Positions 61,296-64,000 of a stretch of DNA of 64,000 bases are shown here, in pieces (the stretch's first letter is position 1; each line of letters opens with the position of its first letter). The DNA comes from the human T2T-CHM13v2.0 reference genome, Homo sapiens. Made by a program: the position numbers and the translations under genes. The stretch lies in the NCBI RefSeq assembly GCF_009914755.1, contig NC_060942.1, one strand, 5' to 3'. The notes below the pieces were generated by a model. The model worked only from the letters and a program-made list of their open reading frames with translations. It was not told the DNA's origin and did no database searches.

Positions 61296-63252
61296 GCTGG
61301 GCATGGGTGCAGCCAGGCAGATGCCTTTCAGAATTTGCCCACTCGTCTAGTATAACTAGATCTGATGGCTGGGAATAAAGGAAGAGGAGGATGTGCTGCT
61401 CATACCTTTAATACTGAGGCTGTTGGATTTAGCAAAGGTGAAAAGTTACCTTATGTAGTGTTGAAACCACCCCCACTATTTCCTGATGCAGATTATAAAT
61501 CAGTGCCACTGAAAACAGAAGATGAAGAATACATGCTGGCTTTGAAACAGGAGTTGAGAGAAACAATGAAAAGAATGCCTTATTTTATTGAAACACCTGA
61601 AGAAAGACAAGATATTGAAAGGTATAGTAAAAGATACATGAAGGTATATAAAGAAGAATGGATACCAGATTGGAGAAGACTTCCAAGAGAGATAACGCCA
61701 AGAAATAAATGTAAAAACACAGGCCCAAAACCCGAAAAGGCAAAAGACGCAGGCAAAGTCACCTCACTAATACTTCAGATGTGTTGAAAAAAATTGAGGA
61801 ATTGGGAAAGAAAGGTGATGGTGAAAATTCAGAAGAGGAAAATGAAAAGGAAGAAGGAAGCAAAGAGGAAAGTAAAGAAGGTGATGATGACGATGACGAT
61901 GATGCTGCAGAACAGGAGGGATATAATGAAGAAGAGCAAGAAGAGGAAAATGACTACATTAATTCATAATTCGAAGATGGAAATGATTTTGGCCCAGACA
62001 GTGATGACAACATGGATGAAGCAACCTATTAGGCATGAAATTTTTCAAAAAGTATTTTTATGATGCAGCTTCTGAACATTTGGACAGATTTGTTTTGTAT
62101 TTTTTTCTGATAAGGAATAAGTATTTTTGTTTTTTTTTTTTGGACAAATATTTGTTACCAAAATATTCAAAACCACTTTGAGTTTACATACTAATTACCT
62201 TACAAATTAGTCCCTGACACTCTGACCTTCCTTCTAAACACCTCTGCCATCTCTCTTATGTACTCTTGTGGGTTTTTTTGTATTATTTGAATAGGAATGT
62301 GCCTAAAGAATTTTTGCTCTCTTAATCTATGTATACATACTTGAAGAAATCATGCTTGCTTAACTGCTGATTTTTTGTAAAACTATTACCAGTCATAGTG
62401 GATTTCTGTAACCTGAAAGTTGATATAATACAGCACATGGAGCACTTTAAAAACAAACTTGAAAATAATTTTATTTTTTACTTTTACATGGTATGTTCTA
62501 GACTACTGCATTATGACTACATAAACCAACCTGGGCTTTTATAAGTACAGAATTGTGAAATAGAGGTTTTGTGATGGAAAACATAGACACAGGGAAAAAT
62601 ACCAAACTGAGCAATATAAATTTCACGGCTCACATCTTAGCCAGTACAAAGAAATTTTCACATGGGGTGAATATTGTAAATACTGGAACTGGGGACTAAC
62701 TTAATACTGTATGATGTATGAATTAATTATTCCACTGTAATAACTGTGACATCTTCAAATAGTTGGGCTTATGAAAAATTTGACTAAGACATTTTAATTT
62801 TAAACTTTATGTAAATGTGAAATAAGTTCTGGTCATATAAATATCACTGTAGAATGCATGTGTGTGAACTCTATGAAGTGTGGTGGCCTTTTATGTTTCA
62901 GAGTACTCAAGCTGTACAATTGATTTATATAAACATGCAAGATGAACTCAGGTCATTTTGAAATTAAGATTAATTTTTTTGTTGTTTAAAGCTAGCTCCC
63001 CTAACTTTATATATTTTTTGGGAAAAAAAAATACCTAAAAACCTCAACCTAAAAAGACTCACAAATGCCAAACATTTTCAAGGAAATTTATATTATATAT
63101 TTCAAAAATGATTTATCAATGTTATCTACCAAAATAAATACTTTTATTTTTCCCCTTTGGGAAGATATCATTATCCTCTAATGTGAGAATCAGATCCCTA
63201 GATTCTATTTCTACCTGTACTATTAAACTCAACCTTGAGCCTGGAAAAAAAA
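61086..63252 (+). pseudogene. POLR3G: Processed pseudogene (retrocopy) of POLR3G, RNA polymerase III subunit RPC7/RPC32-alpha; CDS homology 61365-62032
   Basis: MAGNKGRG...PPPLFP...YMLALKQELRETMKRMPYFIE...WIPDWRRLPRE...acidic tail...DSDDNMDEATY*; intronless; frameshift ~61762, premature TAA 61967-61969; ATTAAA 63222-63227, A tract 63245-63252; 16-bp TSD AAGAACCCAGAAATAA (61070-61085, 63253-63268) at a TT|AAGA site. Confidence 0.96.
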
Positions 63253-63766
63253 AAGAACCCAGAAATAAATTAATGTATTTACAGCTAATGGATTTTTGAC
63301 AAAGACACCAAAAACATACATTGGGGAAAAGACAGTCTCTACAATACATGTTGCTAAGAAAGTTAGATATTTGTATGCAGGAGAATGAAACTAGAACCCT
63401 ATCTCTCACTGTATACAAACATCAACTGAAAATGGATTAAAGACTTAAATCTGAAGACATGAAACTACGAAACTACTAGAAAGAAACGTGGGGAAATGCT
63501 TCCTGACGTTAGTCTGGCCAAAAATTTTTTTTAACAAGATCTCAAAAACACAAGCAACAAAAGCAAAATAGATAAATGGGATTCTATCAAACTAAAAAGC
63601 TTCTGCACAGCAAAGGAAACAATCAATAGAGTAAAGTGACAACCTGTAGAAGAGTAGAAAATATTTGAAACTGTGCATCCAACAAGGGATTAATAAGCAG
63701 GACACATGGAACTCAAACAACTCAACAGCAAAAAAGCAAATAACCAGATTTTAAAATGAGCACCTG

Positions 63767-63890
63767 AGCTGGTGATTGTGTGCCTGCAGTCCCAGCTACT
63801 TGGGAGGCTGAGGCAGATAGTTGTTCGAGCCCAGGAGTTCAAGTCCAGCCTGGGCAACAAAGCAAGACTCTCATATTCAAAAAAAATAAA
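63767..63890 (+). mobile_element. FLAM_A-like Alu monomer inside L1
   Basis: gcctgcagtcccagctacttgggagg...gagcccaggagttcaagtccagcctgggcaac plus A tail. Confidence 0.85.
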
Positions 63891-64000
63891 AGGGCAAATG
63901 ATCTAATAGACATTTCTCAAAAGAAGAAAACCAAATGGCCAACAGGTATATGAAAAATGCTCAACATTGCTAATCATTAGGAAAATGCAAATCAAAACCA

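Larger units (their letters stand above)
59806..64000 (+). mobile_element. L1 (L1PB/L1MA-age) ORF2, continuing past the window end; interrupted by the POLR3G retrocopy and a FLAM
   Basis: ggcttcactgctgaattcta..., RT region (gcctttcctctaagatctggaacaag, ggcatccaaattggaaagg); resumes collinearly after 63268. Confidence 0.95.

Noticed and set aside
61104-61304. Functional MBLAC2 gene or independent MBLAC2 pseudogene
   Set aside because: Only 70 codons with an internal stop, ending before the HxHxDH motif; it lies inside the POLR3G TSDs and has no poly(A) tail of its own.
58315-63268. Functional Pol III module (5S + POLR3G + nearby SINEs)
   Set aside because: These are independent insertions into different hosts, both disabled; 5S pseudogenes and SINEs are common enough that proximity is expected by chance.

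Overview
Anthropoid primate, most likely human, intergenic or intronic DNA with no intact protein-coding gene I can support. Most of it is interspersed repeats: Alu J/S/Y and FLAM, L1PA/L1M/HAL1, L2, MIR, MaLR LTRs (THE1, MST, MLT1), ERV1 and ERVL LTRs and internal fragments, and the DNA transposons MER45, Tigger3a and MER58A. The most informative feature is a processed pseudogene of POLR3G (Pol III subunit RPC7/RPC32-alpha) at 61086-63252. It sits inside an old L1 with a 16-bp target-site duplication (TSD). Its 5' leader is the antisense of MBLAC2 codons 1-70, so it looks like a fossil of a spliced POLR3G transcript that started inside the head-to-head neighbour MBLAC2. Also notable: a 3'-truncated 5S rRNA pseudogene inside a MIR, an apparently recombinant MLT1A provirus, an internally deleted mini-Alu facing an inverted Alu, a 19-bp palindromic tandem array, and two identical CTCF cores. 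Repeat subfamily names and parent-gene sequences are from memory of consensus sequences, not from a search. I found no convincing wholly new biological system.
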